NCBI GenBank assembly: GCA_040954595.2
Contig: CM082588.2
Location: 5,530,202 to 5,594,201 of the forward strand
DNA length: 64,000 nucleotides
Source of the DNA: Balanoglossus misakiensis
Taxonomy: Eukaryota > Animalia > Hemichordata
Reading direction: 5' to 3'
Part shown: positions 13,661 to 24,000 of the stretch, one piece after another
How the letters are laid out: every line of letters starts with the position of its first letter
Position numbering within the stretch: position 1 is the first letter of the stretch
Made by a program: the position numbers and the translations under genes
Notes under the pieces: model-generated
Told to the model about the DNA's origin: nothing
Database searches by the model: none
Seen by the model: the letters and a program-made list of their open reading frames with translations, nothing else

Positions 13661-13858
13661 TAGTATAGCCATTTCATTCCAGCTATCCTATATTCCTTAA
13701 TTGCATAGGCTTTACATTAAGTGCTCGCTACTCGAGAGGCCATCGGCTGCGAACAACATTGTCAACCTAGCAGCTGACTTCCTGCCCCTGCAGTGTTGTA
13801 AATGGTGATGAAATCTGCCCTGGCTATTTCATGTTATGCTGACTTGGTCCTACCATTA

Positions 13859-14062
13859 GGGGAGACCATTTGTATTCGTTGGTGGATGGAGGAGTTGGTG
13901 GATGTGTTGGCATATGGTGCGAAGGGAAACACAATGTTCTGCAATGCCTCGGCCCTTGGAAATATGGACAGGCAATCGAAAATAACATTGCTATAACAGT
14001 GACTAAATAAATTTGCAGACATCTACCCAAATCCTCTACCCCCCCCCAAAAAAAAAATCAAA
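13859..14062 (+). mobile_element. Degenerate copy of the PIF/Harbinger-like MITE at 31955, right end truncated
   Basis: Begins TTA-GGGGAGACCATTTG. Shares ATGGTGC.AAGG, TTCTGCAATGCCT, ATTGCT.TAACAGTG, TTGC.GACAT and a poly-C tract with 31955-32175. Confidence 0.55.
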
Positions 14063-14498
14063 AAAATCTTATGCTTCTCATCTTTACTGCCCGAGGAAAA
14101 GGAATGCTCAGTATGTATAGTCCAGATTTTTTTTGGATGAAATGCGCGTGATACAAATTGCACCTACAATGTATTAGATTTTGGAAAAATGTAAGCAAAT
14201 TGGGCCTCCTTGTTTCCATAGGCAGCCTTCGACATTGGCATATTTAGCTTTACTACTAGTACATGTATCAGTGATAATTTAATGTCTGACTCGATAGACT
14301 GATTGATTAATTGTTTAATTGATTGTTTACAATTATTTGACCGAAGTCATTAATTTAATTTACTAAATTTACTATTGGTAATCTTATAATTAACAACAGA
14401 GATTTACTCAGGAACAGATCATCAACACAAGTCAGCAAATGGCATAGAAACAGATACTAGTCAGTTGGGTTCAGTCAGTTCAACTTCAAGTGTGAAAT

Positions 14499-14841
14499 CA
14501 GGACACAAAATTACTTTCTTGGTTTGAATTTGTTATTCTTTAATCATTTAATGATACATTGAATTCAACTGTACAGATTGACAATGTCATTTCGTAAATC
14601 AATTTCACTGTTGTCCAAATTTCTCTTAGTCAACCCTCAAAGGTTAGGTGTGTCTGTGTACTTAAGAATATGACCATTGGCTTGAAAATTCTGAAAGCAG
14701 GACACAACATGACTTTCTTGGTTTAAACTTTTTATTCTATAATACATGTAATTTAACGAACATTAAAGTCAGTTTAATTTACAAATTATTATAGTTGACA
14801 GTATTTGTAAATGAATTTCACTGTTGTTCAAATTTCTCTAG
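14499..14841 (+). repeat. Imperfect direct duplication (~14499-14629 and ~14698-14841), each copy ending in a splice acceptor
   Basis: Both copies run CAGGACACAA..ACTTTCTTGGTTT..AATTTCACTGTTGT.CAAATTTCTC(T)TAG. Confidence 0.75.
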
Positions 14842-14993
14842 GTGCTTTCTGTCTGTGTGGTCTCACGATGTGCTGCGAGTCGAGTTCCCAGGGATGTAGG
14901 AAGTGTCCGCTGTGCCCAGCTGAAATCACATACCTCCAACGTGTCGTCTCTTCCTGTGATTAACTAATGGAGAATTAGGATTATTCTAAGAAG
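14842..14993 (+). pseudogene. Decayed RING-HC exon fragment resembling the C-terminal RING of MYLIP/IDOL
   Basis: Bounded by ctctag| and aag|gtaaat. From 14844 it translates AFCLCGLTMCCESSSQGCRKCPLCPAEITYLQRV, then LPVIN* after a 1-nt shift. This aligns with the MYLIP RING as I recall it ([37 protein letters not shown]). Zn-ligand His and one Cys are substituted. Confidence 0.65.
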
Positions 14994-15222
14994 GTAAATT
15001 TGACATACTATAATAAATTGTTGGACTCACATTGTTCACATCAACCAGCCAATTGTCTTAAATTCCAAAATTTTATTTTGTGTGTGCTGAAAATTGGCCT
15101 TAATCTAATCTAGATTGATAGAGATAACAATATACTATTATAAACTAGAATATTGTACATTGCAGTTTTATTAAGCTGTACTCGATTAATTAGTTGATAA
15201 TAAACAGAAAAAACTTTGAAGA

Positions 15223-18200
15223 TTTGCAAACTTAGGTGAGTTGGTCATTTTGTGACATTTTTCATGGGTTATAGCTCATGGAAATTGCCAATAGATGACA
15301 ATTTCCCGACTATGCAAACTTTGGTGGGTTGGTCATTTTGTGACATTTTTCATGGGTTATAGCTCATGAAAATTGTGAAAAGATGACAAAATCTTGACTT
15401 TGCAAACTTTGGTTATTTTGTTATGTTGGGACATTATTCATGGGTTATAGCTCATGAAAATTGTCAATAGATGACAATTTCCCGACTTTGCAAACTTTGG
15501 TGAGTTGGTCATTTTGTGACATTTTTCATGGGTTATAGCTCATGAAAGTTGTCAAAAGATGACAAATGCTTGACTTTGCAAACTTTGGTGATTTTGTCAT
15601 TTTGTGACATTTTTCATGGGTTATAGCTCATGAAAATTGTCAATAGATGACAAAATCTTCATTTTGCAAACTTTGGTGAGTTGGTCATTTTGTGACATTT
15701 TTCATGGGTTATAGCTCATGAAAGTTGTCAATAGATGACAAATTCCCGACTTTGCAAACTTTGGTGAGTTGGTCATTTTGTGACATTTTTCATGGGTTAT
15801 AGCTCATGAAAATTGTGAAAAGATGACAAAATCTTGACTTTGCAAACTTTGGTGATTTTGTCATTTTGGGACATTTTTCAGGGGTTATAGCTCATGAAAA
15901 TTGTCAAAAGATGACAAATACTTGACTTTGCAAACTTTCGTGAGTTGGTCATTTTGTGACATTTTTCATGGGTTATATCTCATGAAAATTGTCATAAGAT
16001 GACAATTTCCCGACTTTGCAAACTTTGGTGAGTTGGTCATTTTGTGACATTTTTCATGGGTTATAGCTCATGAAAATTATGAAAAGATGACAAAATCTTG
16101 ACTTTGCAAACTTTCGTGAGTTGGTCATTTTGTTACATTTTTCATGGGTTTATAGCTCATGAAAATTGTCAAAAGATGACAATTTCCTGACTTTGCAAAC
16201 TTTGGTGAGTTGGTCATTTTGTGACATTTTTCATGGGTTATAGCTCATGAAATTGTCAATAGATGACAAATACTTGACTTTGCAAACTTTGGTTATTTTG
16301 TTATGTTGGGACATTATTCATGGGTTATAGCTCATGAAAGTTGTCAAAAGATGCCAAATACCTGACTTAGGAAACTTTGGTGATTTTGTCATTTTGGGAC
16401 ATTTTTCATGGGTTATAGCTAATAAAAATTGTCAAAAGATGACATATACTTGACTTTGCAAACTTTGGTGATTTTGTCATGTTTGGACATTATTTATGGG
16501 TTATAGCTCATGAAAATTGTCAAAAGATGACAAAATCTTGACTTTGCAAACTTTGGTGATTTTATCATTGTTGGACATTTTTCATGGGTTATAGCTCATG
16601 AAAATTGTCGAAAGATGACAAAATCTTGACTTTGCAAACTTTTTGTGATTTTGTCATTGTTGGACATTTTTCATGGGTTATAGCTCATGAAAATTGTCAA
16701 AAGATGACAAAATCTTGACTTTGCAAACTTTGGTGATTTTATCATTGTTGGACATTTTTCATGGGTTATAGCTCATGAAAATTGTCGAAAGGTGACAAAA
16801 TCTTGACTTTGCAAACTTTGGTGATTTTGTCATGTTGGGACATTATTCATGGGTTATAGCTCATGAAAGTTGTCAAAAGATGACAAAATCTTGACTTTGC
16901 AAACTTTGGTGATTTTATCATGTTGGGACATTTTTCATGGGTTATAGCTCATGAAAATTGTCGAAAGATGACAAAATCTTGACTTTGCAAACTTTGGTGA
17001 TTTTGTCATTGTTGGATATTTTTCATGGGTTATAGCTCATGAAAATTGTCGAAAGATGACAAAATCTTGACTTTGCAAACTTTTGTGATTATGTCATTGT
17101 TGGACATTTTTCATGGGTTATAGCTCATGAAAATTGTCAAAAGATGACAAAATCTTGACTTGCAAACTTTGGTGATTTTATCATTGTTGGACATTTTTCA
17201 TGGGTTATAGCTCATGAAAATTGTCGAAAGATGACAAAATCTTGACTTTGCAAACTTTGGTGATTTTGTCATGTTGGGACATTTTTCATGGGTTATAGCT
17301 CATGAAAATTGTCGAAAGGTGACAAAATCTTGACTTTGCAAACTTTGGTGATTTTGTCATGTTGGGACATTATTCATGGGTTATAGCTCATGAAAATTGT
17401 CGAAAGATGACAAATTCTTGACTTTGCAAACTTTGGTGATTTTGTCATGTTGGGACATTATTCATGGGTTATAGCTCATGAAAATTGTCGAAAGATGACA
17501 AAATCTTGACTTTGCAAACTTTGGTGATTTTGTCATGTTGGGACATTATTCATGGGTTATAGCTCATGAAAATTGTCGAAAGATGACAAAATCTTGACTT
17601 TGCAAACTTTGGTGATTTTGTCATTGTTGGACATTTTTCATGGGTTATAGCTCATGAAAATTGTCAAAAGATGACAAAATCTTGACTTTGCAAACTTTGG
17701 TGATTTTATCATTGTTGGACATTTTTCATGGGTTATAGCTCATGAAAATTGTCGAAAGATGACAAAATCTTGACTTTGCAAACTTTGGTGATTTTGTCAT
17801 GTTGGGACATTTTTCATGGGTTATAGCTCATGAAAATTGTCGAAAGATGACAAAATCTTGACTTTGCAAACTTTGGTGATTTTGTCATTGTTGGACATTT
17901 TTCATGGGTTATAGCTCATGAAAATTGTCAATAGATGACAAATACTTGACTTTGCAAACTTTGGTTATTTTGTTATGTTGGGACATTATTCATGGGTTAT
18001 AGCTCATGAAAGTTGTCAAAAGATGACAAATACCTGACTTAGGAAACTTTGGTGATTTTGTCATTTTGGGACATTTTTCATGGGTTATAGCTAATAAAAA
18101 TTGTCAAAAGATGACAAATACTTGACTTTGCAAACTTTGGTTATTTTGTTATGTTGGGACATTATTCATGGGTTATAGCTCATGAAAGTTGTCAAAAGAT

Positions 18201-18315
18201 GACAAATACCTGACTTAGGAAACTTTGGTGATTTTGTCATTTTGGGACATTTTTCATGGGTTATAGCTAATAAAAATTGTCAAAAGATGACAAATACTTG
18301 ACTTTGCAAACTTTG
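15223..18315. repeat. 88-bp tandem satellite, ~35 copies, internally palindromic unit
   Basis: GGGTTATAGCTC recurs at 15266, 15354, 15442 ... 16763, 16851 (period 88). Consensus CTTTGCAAACTTTGGTGATTTTGTCATTGTTGGACATTTTTCATGGGTTATAGCTCATGAAAATTGTCAAAAGATGACAAAATCTTGA. Confidence 0.97.
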
Positions 18316-18321
18316 TTTTTT

Positions 18322-19275
18322 TTAATGCAGGTATAGAGTAAATTCAGAAAAATATTCTAAGATATTTTTTGAATGAAAGTATAGAGTAAATTCTGAAAAA
18401 TATTCTAAGTTTTTTTTTAATGCAAGTATAGAGTAAATTCTGAAAAATGTATAAGTTTTTTTTAATGTCAAAGTATAGAGTAAAGCCTGAAAATTTTCTA
18501 AGTGTTTTTTTTTATACAAAAAAGCAGACACCAAGGATTGAAATTTATTTTGTTGTATTTTATTTCATTTTCTACTAAATCATGACAAAACCAAAGTATT
18601 GAAATTTCACTCGTATTCACTTGTCGTTTCAGGTCTATCTGTTGAATGGTTGATGACGGTGATGACCAATCGAAAGAAGTGGAGTCCAGCCGGGATCTGA
18701 AAAGACAAGGTATGTATTAGAAAATGCAAGTATAGAGGGGCATGCACAAATTTCAAAAAAAAAAAATTAAGTTTTTTTTGTTTAAGTATAGAGTAAAGCT
18801 TGAAAAATTTCCAAGTTTTTTCCTAAGGCGAAAGTATAGAGTGATAGCTTGAAAAATGTCTAATTTTTTTAATGTTAAAGTATAGAGTGATAGCCTGAAA
18901 AATGTCTAAGTGTTTTTTAATGTTTAAGTATAGAGTGATAGCCTGAAAAATTTCTAAGTGTTTTTAAATGTTTAAGTATAGAGTGATAGCCTGAAAAATT
19001 TCTAAGTGTTTTTAATAAGTCTAGAGTGAAGCCTGAAAAATTTCTAAGTGTTTTTTAATGTTTAAGTATAGAGTGAAGCCTGAAAAATTTCTAAGTGTTT
19101 TTAATAAGTATAGAGTGAAGCCTGAAAAATTTCTAAGTGTTTTTAATAAGTATAGAGTGAAGCCTAAAAAATTTCTAAGTGTTTTTAATAAGTATAGAGT
19201 GAAGCCTAAAAAATTTCTAAGTGTTTTTAATAAGTATAGAGTAAAGCCTGAAAAAATTCTAAGTGTTTTTTTTTT
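18322..19275. repeat. AT-rich 42-50 bp minisatellite in two blocks (18322-18512, 18781-19275)
   Basis: Unit AAGTATAGAGTGAAGCCTGAAAAATTTCTAAGTGTTTTTAAT (42 nt), with longer variants. Confidence 0.92.
18633..18709 (+). other. Exon-like module, copy 1 (77 nt)
   Basis: Acceptor ttgtcgtttcag| and donor AAG|gtatgt. All three frames read through from the acceptor hit a stop; an internal ATG gives MVDDGDDQSKEVESSRDLKRQ. Confidence 0.45.
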
Positions 19276-19379
19276 TACAAAAAAGCAGACACCAAGGATT
19301 GAAATTTATTGTATTTTATTTCATTTTCATATTTCATATTTCATATTGAAATTTAACTCGTATTCACTTGTCGTTTCAG

Positions 19380-19447
19380 GTCTATCTGTTGAATGGTTGA
19401 TGACCAATCGAAAGAAGTGGAGTCCAGCCGGGATCTGAAAAGACAAG
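19380..19447 (+). other. Exon-like module, copy 2 (68 nt, 9-nt deletion, GC donor)
   Basis: Near-identical to 18633-18709. Same acceptor; donor AAG|gcaagt. Confidence 0.4.
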
Positions 19448-19476
19448 GCAAGTGTTAGAAAATGCAAGTTATGTAC

Positions 19477-19550
19477 GGGGCATACACAAGTTTCAAAAAT
19501 TTTCTAAGTCAAAGAAAACTTAGAAAATTTTTGAAACTTGTATATGCCCC
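19477..19550. repeat. Inverted repeat: 33-bp arms, 1 mismatch, 8-nt loop
   Basis: GGGGCATACACAAGTTTCAAAAATTTTCTAAGT (19477-19509) versus ACTTAGAAAATTTTTGAAACTTGTATATGCCCC (19518-19550). Confidence 0.92.
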
Positions 19551-19696
19551 AACGTGGAGGTATAGACAAATTTCAAATTTTTAGCGTTTCTGACTTAGTT
19601 TTTTTTTTTTGGCTTTTTATATGCCATCCCTAGCCCCCACCCTTACCTCCCCATGAGTGTACAGCAAAGACTAATAAATCTCTAGCACAACTCTTA

Positions 19697-19846
19697 CTTT
19701 GGTTGAGCTAAGGTAAAAATTTTTTTTTACAAGTGCATTATGGGCATCATAATCTATGCAAGATCTTTTCAGATGCAAAAGATCTTGCATAGATTATGAT
19801 GTCCATAATGCACTTGTAAAAAAAAATTAACTTAGATCAACCAAAG
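19697..19846. repeat. Long inverted repeat: ~70-bp arms, 52-bp near-perfect core, 7-nt loop
   Basis: 19718-19769 pairs with 19777-19828 with a single G-T. Outer arms are CTTTGGTTGA.CTAAG and CTTAG.TCAACCAAAG. Followed directly by (CA)n at 19847-19870. Confidence 0.92.
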
Positions 19847-20421
19847 ACACACACACACACACACACACACAATTACATTGCTAAGTTATCTCTCATATTG
19901 ATTTTAATGTTACGTTATTCTCCTAATCAAATTTTATTTTTGTCCTTAGGTGCAGGGAAGTTGCCATGGACTCGGTTGTACACATCAATTAAGATTTATT
20001 GCAGTTTTGGAATCTATAAAGCCTACAATATTTCTAAGTTTTAAATCTCATGACCGACAAATTCACACATTCTAGACTACCTATATTTCTATTATTGTCA
20101 ATTCATTACATTCTGAATGTAGTTAAGTAAGCTATGACTTATGAATTAAAATTATGAATTACATTCGCAAGAGAGAGTTTATTTTTCTGAAGTTATCTCA
20201 TGCGAGTTTAGACTCTTTACAGGCTCTCTGTTGATAAGTCCTAAATTACGGAACTCTGTTCTGTTCTTATCTGCTACTTCAACTGGATCTTTTATAACTT
20301 GTCTTTTTTTTGCAACTCCTAAATCAACTGGAATTGTAAATTTATTTTTTATGCAAACAAAATTTATGAATGTTTTGATTTCAAACTCACCTCATTTTAT
20401 ATGAATAAAGAAATCAATGCA

Positions 20422-20702
20422 AATCAATGAAAATCTTTAAGATGACTAATCTCAAATTTGAAATTCAAAATGGCCGCCAAATTTGTGTTAACTCTATGAG
20501 AAATTCAAGTAGTGATATCAATAAAAAAAGACAGTCAATACCCTGTTTTCTTTTTAATTTTATGCGACTTGCTAGCTCATATTATGTGAATAAAGAAAAC
20601 TTGTAATATTCAAGAGTTGGCTGATGTCTCTCTCTGTGGTAATCATGAAAATCTTTAAGATGACTAGTCTCAAATTTGAAATTCAAAATGGCCGCCAAAT
20701 TT
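20422..20702 (+). repeat. Direct repeat of ~60 bp containing CAAATTTGAAATTCAAAATGGCCGCC; related inverted copy at ~3661-3688
   Basis: Two copies at ~20422-20484 and ~20641-20702. TTTGCGGCCATTTTGAATTTCAAATTTG at 3661 is the reverse complement, consistent with a dispersed repeat family. Confidence 0.75.
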
Positions 20703-20925
20703 GAGAAAAATTACATAAATGAAAAAAGACAGTGAGCACCCTGTTCATTACTTTCTACATTTATGGGACTTGCTTGAGTTATTTTCTAGAATTGTTTATC
20801 ACTACAATTTGCAAATTAAATGCACATTGAATTCTATTTAGGAGTATAAGTCTGAAGTTCTAGAGGTTTATATGTTTTACCACTATCAGTTTAGCAGAGT
20901 ACAACTACATTACACATCTGTGGTT

Positions 20926-21090
20926 GGTCCAATATGAGATGACCACTGTTACTTCATTTGACTGTCCAGACAACCTCGCAACAGCCACAGAGATCAGTAC
21001 ACCCGACCTCTGGGGATGGTCCAATATAAGACCATACACCAAGACTGTTACTTCATGTGGTCATCCAGACAACCTCGCAAAAGCCACAGA
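20926..21090 (+). repeat. Imperfect tandem duplication (period ~90-100 bp)
   Basis: GGTCCAATAT..CTGTTACTTCAT..TCCAGACAACCTCGCAA.AGCCACAGA occurs twice. Confidence 0.7.
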
Positions 21091-24000
21091 TGGAGCTAAA
21101 AAATTCCTAATACAAATTTAAAAATATGCACATATAGGGAGTGATGCTGTGGGGCAAAGTGACCCTAACCCTACCTAAACTGTTAAAAATAAACAAATGA
21201 GACATGACTGAATGATGTACCTTACACTGCTCCATTGAGGGAACAACAGTCCAGTTGGGCTTGGTGAAGGGTTTCATCCACACGGTCCTACAGTACAGCG
21301 CTGTGAACAAAAGTAAAAGAAAAGTCAGTTTCATGAAGACAAATCCACCACTAAAATGACTGAAATGAAATTCTCACAAGCTGCATTTATGAATTTAGGG
21401 ATACAACAGTGTCTATATAAAAGGCAGCTTACTTTCCAGAGAAGCAAAGTTGAACAAAGCATGTGCAGCCATTACACAAAATGGAAAAAGTTGGCATTGT
21501 ATTTTTCCATGCCATGCTGCATGCATAGGCAAAAGACCCCCCTTCCAACAATGGCTACTTTCAAAATGTTCCTGGAGCACACTTTTGCTGGACTTGAAGA
21601 CATGGTTCTGTTCACAGAAAGGGGACAAAAGCCATAACTTACCTCAACTGGTGACATTTTCAGCGAACAGGACACCAGAGTGTGGAAAATGGGAAGGGAA
21701 AATTTAGTTTTTCACTGGGAAAGACAGAACAAACGTGGACAAGAAAAATGTGACTGCATCCAAAGCACCACCTCATGGAAAATACCACCTCATTATTCAT
21801 AATCCAGAAAGCAAAATTTGTTTATCAATAGATAAACAAATTTTGCCTGGACAGACTAAACCATTCACAGACTGCTGATTGGATATACTGCAGATAGTGA
21901 TTTGCATGAATTAAAATGCATGCTAATTGAGAGCCAGCAGACCAACTGTGTTATGCAGGCAACAGCCAATCAGGGACTTGTAATCATTCAAATAAACCAA
22001 TCAGAAAAAAAGTTATTAATTATCACAATAAACCAATCGAGGGATAAACCGATTAATTATGGCAACTGCTACAATGAAACAAATTAATTTTACTGTAGCC
22101 AGGAAAATATGAGTAATTTAGTGGTGATTAGGACTACAGAAAACAGATCCAATATCTCTGTTTCACTTTATGTCAGGGTTCACCATTGGTGGCGCTGATC
22201 AGGAAAGTGAAGTTTGATGCTGCAGGGATCAAATTTATAAAATGAGAAGAGTACTGCTTTATTACTAACTGTACTCACCAATACAAAGCAAAATCTTTAG
22301 TGGAAATCAACTAATACAACTACAGAACAAGTGTGTACATTTGTATATAATCTAATACAACTGGTTGATTAAACAAGTGAGATAAAAATTCCCTACTACA
22401 AAATATCTTAGATCTGAGAAAATTAACTACATGTAATCAAAATGATATCGAAAAAAATATGTATACAAATTTTTCATGTTATAAAATCTGAACAAAATAT
22501 CCAATGCAACATTTCTTAGACAGAATTTTACCAAAAGAAATAAATAGTTTGCTCCCAATCAAACTATACCACAGGTGAAATTGCTGAAATATTTAGTCTA
22601 CACCTACATAGAAACTGCCACATCAGGAATGGGATAGGATCATTCTTATGAGAGCCATCATATTTCATAAATGTGTCTCATAAATCCCCACAGTGAAATA
22701 TTGATGAAATTCACCCTTCAGAAATGGGACATAGATGGCGAGCATGCACTTTGCAATAAATAGTACATGTAGCCAGACACTAGGTTAGAGTCTCTGAGTT
22801 TGGTATATCTCGACTAAACACTGAATTATTTATCAAAATATTATTGCTCATTAAAATGTTATTTTCCTCGTATATATTTAACACATATGTATATACCATG
22901 TATACTGTATATACCATATCTGCATATCAGTTAAAAAACAAACAAACAAAAAAACACATAAATTTACAGGCAGTCTCTGGATGTAATATTCCCTGCAGAT
23001 CTTCAGTCTGTTCTTCTAGGTTGTCGGTTATTCTGAAATAAAACAAAAAAGAATTTGATTTTAACAAACATCGCTGTATACAAGAAAGAAAGTGGAGATA
23101 CATGATGAAATGATGCAGTCAAATTGCGATGATGAACAGATTATGAGGAACACATTGAAGAGGACATAATTTAATTATGCAAGTCGTCTCCATAAAATAC
23201 CTTATGGAGAGACATTCACGGAAAATGTTTTCCCTAATCAAACCTCTTCATCGTTGAGTTTTAAACAAGTATCTGACTGACTGGCACCACAGCCATTGTA
23301 AATATTTATGAAATATCTCAGGCTATGTCTGACTCAGAAGACAGACAATTTTGTAGAGAATTATCATAATGGAATGCCTAAAGTGTGGATATGTGTACTT
23401 TTTGCTTGGTTTTGATTGTCAGCATAAAGACATACTTTAATTTTAAAATAGAATTGCTATGGAAATTAGTGTCATATAGTGTAGACTGACTGTATGACTT
23501 GTATTTTTACAATTCAATTCTATAATTGCAAGGCAGACGAACACCAGAAAATCATCATTTAACACTCCACTCAATTACTTTGCCAGCATGGTAGGCAACT
23601 GAGATGTGTGTGCGATTGTGATTAGATCTTTATGGCCCTGGGTGATGAAAACGCTGTGATTCTTGCTTCCTGATGAAGCTAATTTGACAGATATCACTCC
23701 AAGAGTTATGTTGCCATAGTAACAGTGTCTATCATTTACCAAAACGCGTGTTTTTGACAGAAAGCCTAGTGTGTCTGAATTTGTGATTTTACTTTTAAGT
23801 ATAACCCTAGCTAGAAGCATGGTCTTATTTTTGAAATTTCACTTTCTTGTTAAAGTAGGAGCTAATACTCTTCTTACAACGTACAGTCTACATTTCAGAT
23901 ATACTAGAATTTCACAAACTTCTCTGAGATCGTATCTCTTTTTTTATCTTTCTCCACCACTAAGTGACAGCATATACTCTTTCGCACAAATCCACTCGCA

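Noticed and set aside
15223-18315. Possible CRISPR-like array
   Set aside because: No unique spacers: the whole 88-bp unit is repeated. The context is eukaryotic and there are no cas genes.
19058-19438. 126-aa ORF with KYRVKPEKFLSVFN repeats
   Set aside because: Translation of the 42-bp minisatellite; neighbouring units break frame.
20780-20870. CTAG motifs as a possible Helitron 3' end for the composite region
   Set aside because: No GC-rich subterminal hairpin upstream, and no matching TC 5' end could be supported.
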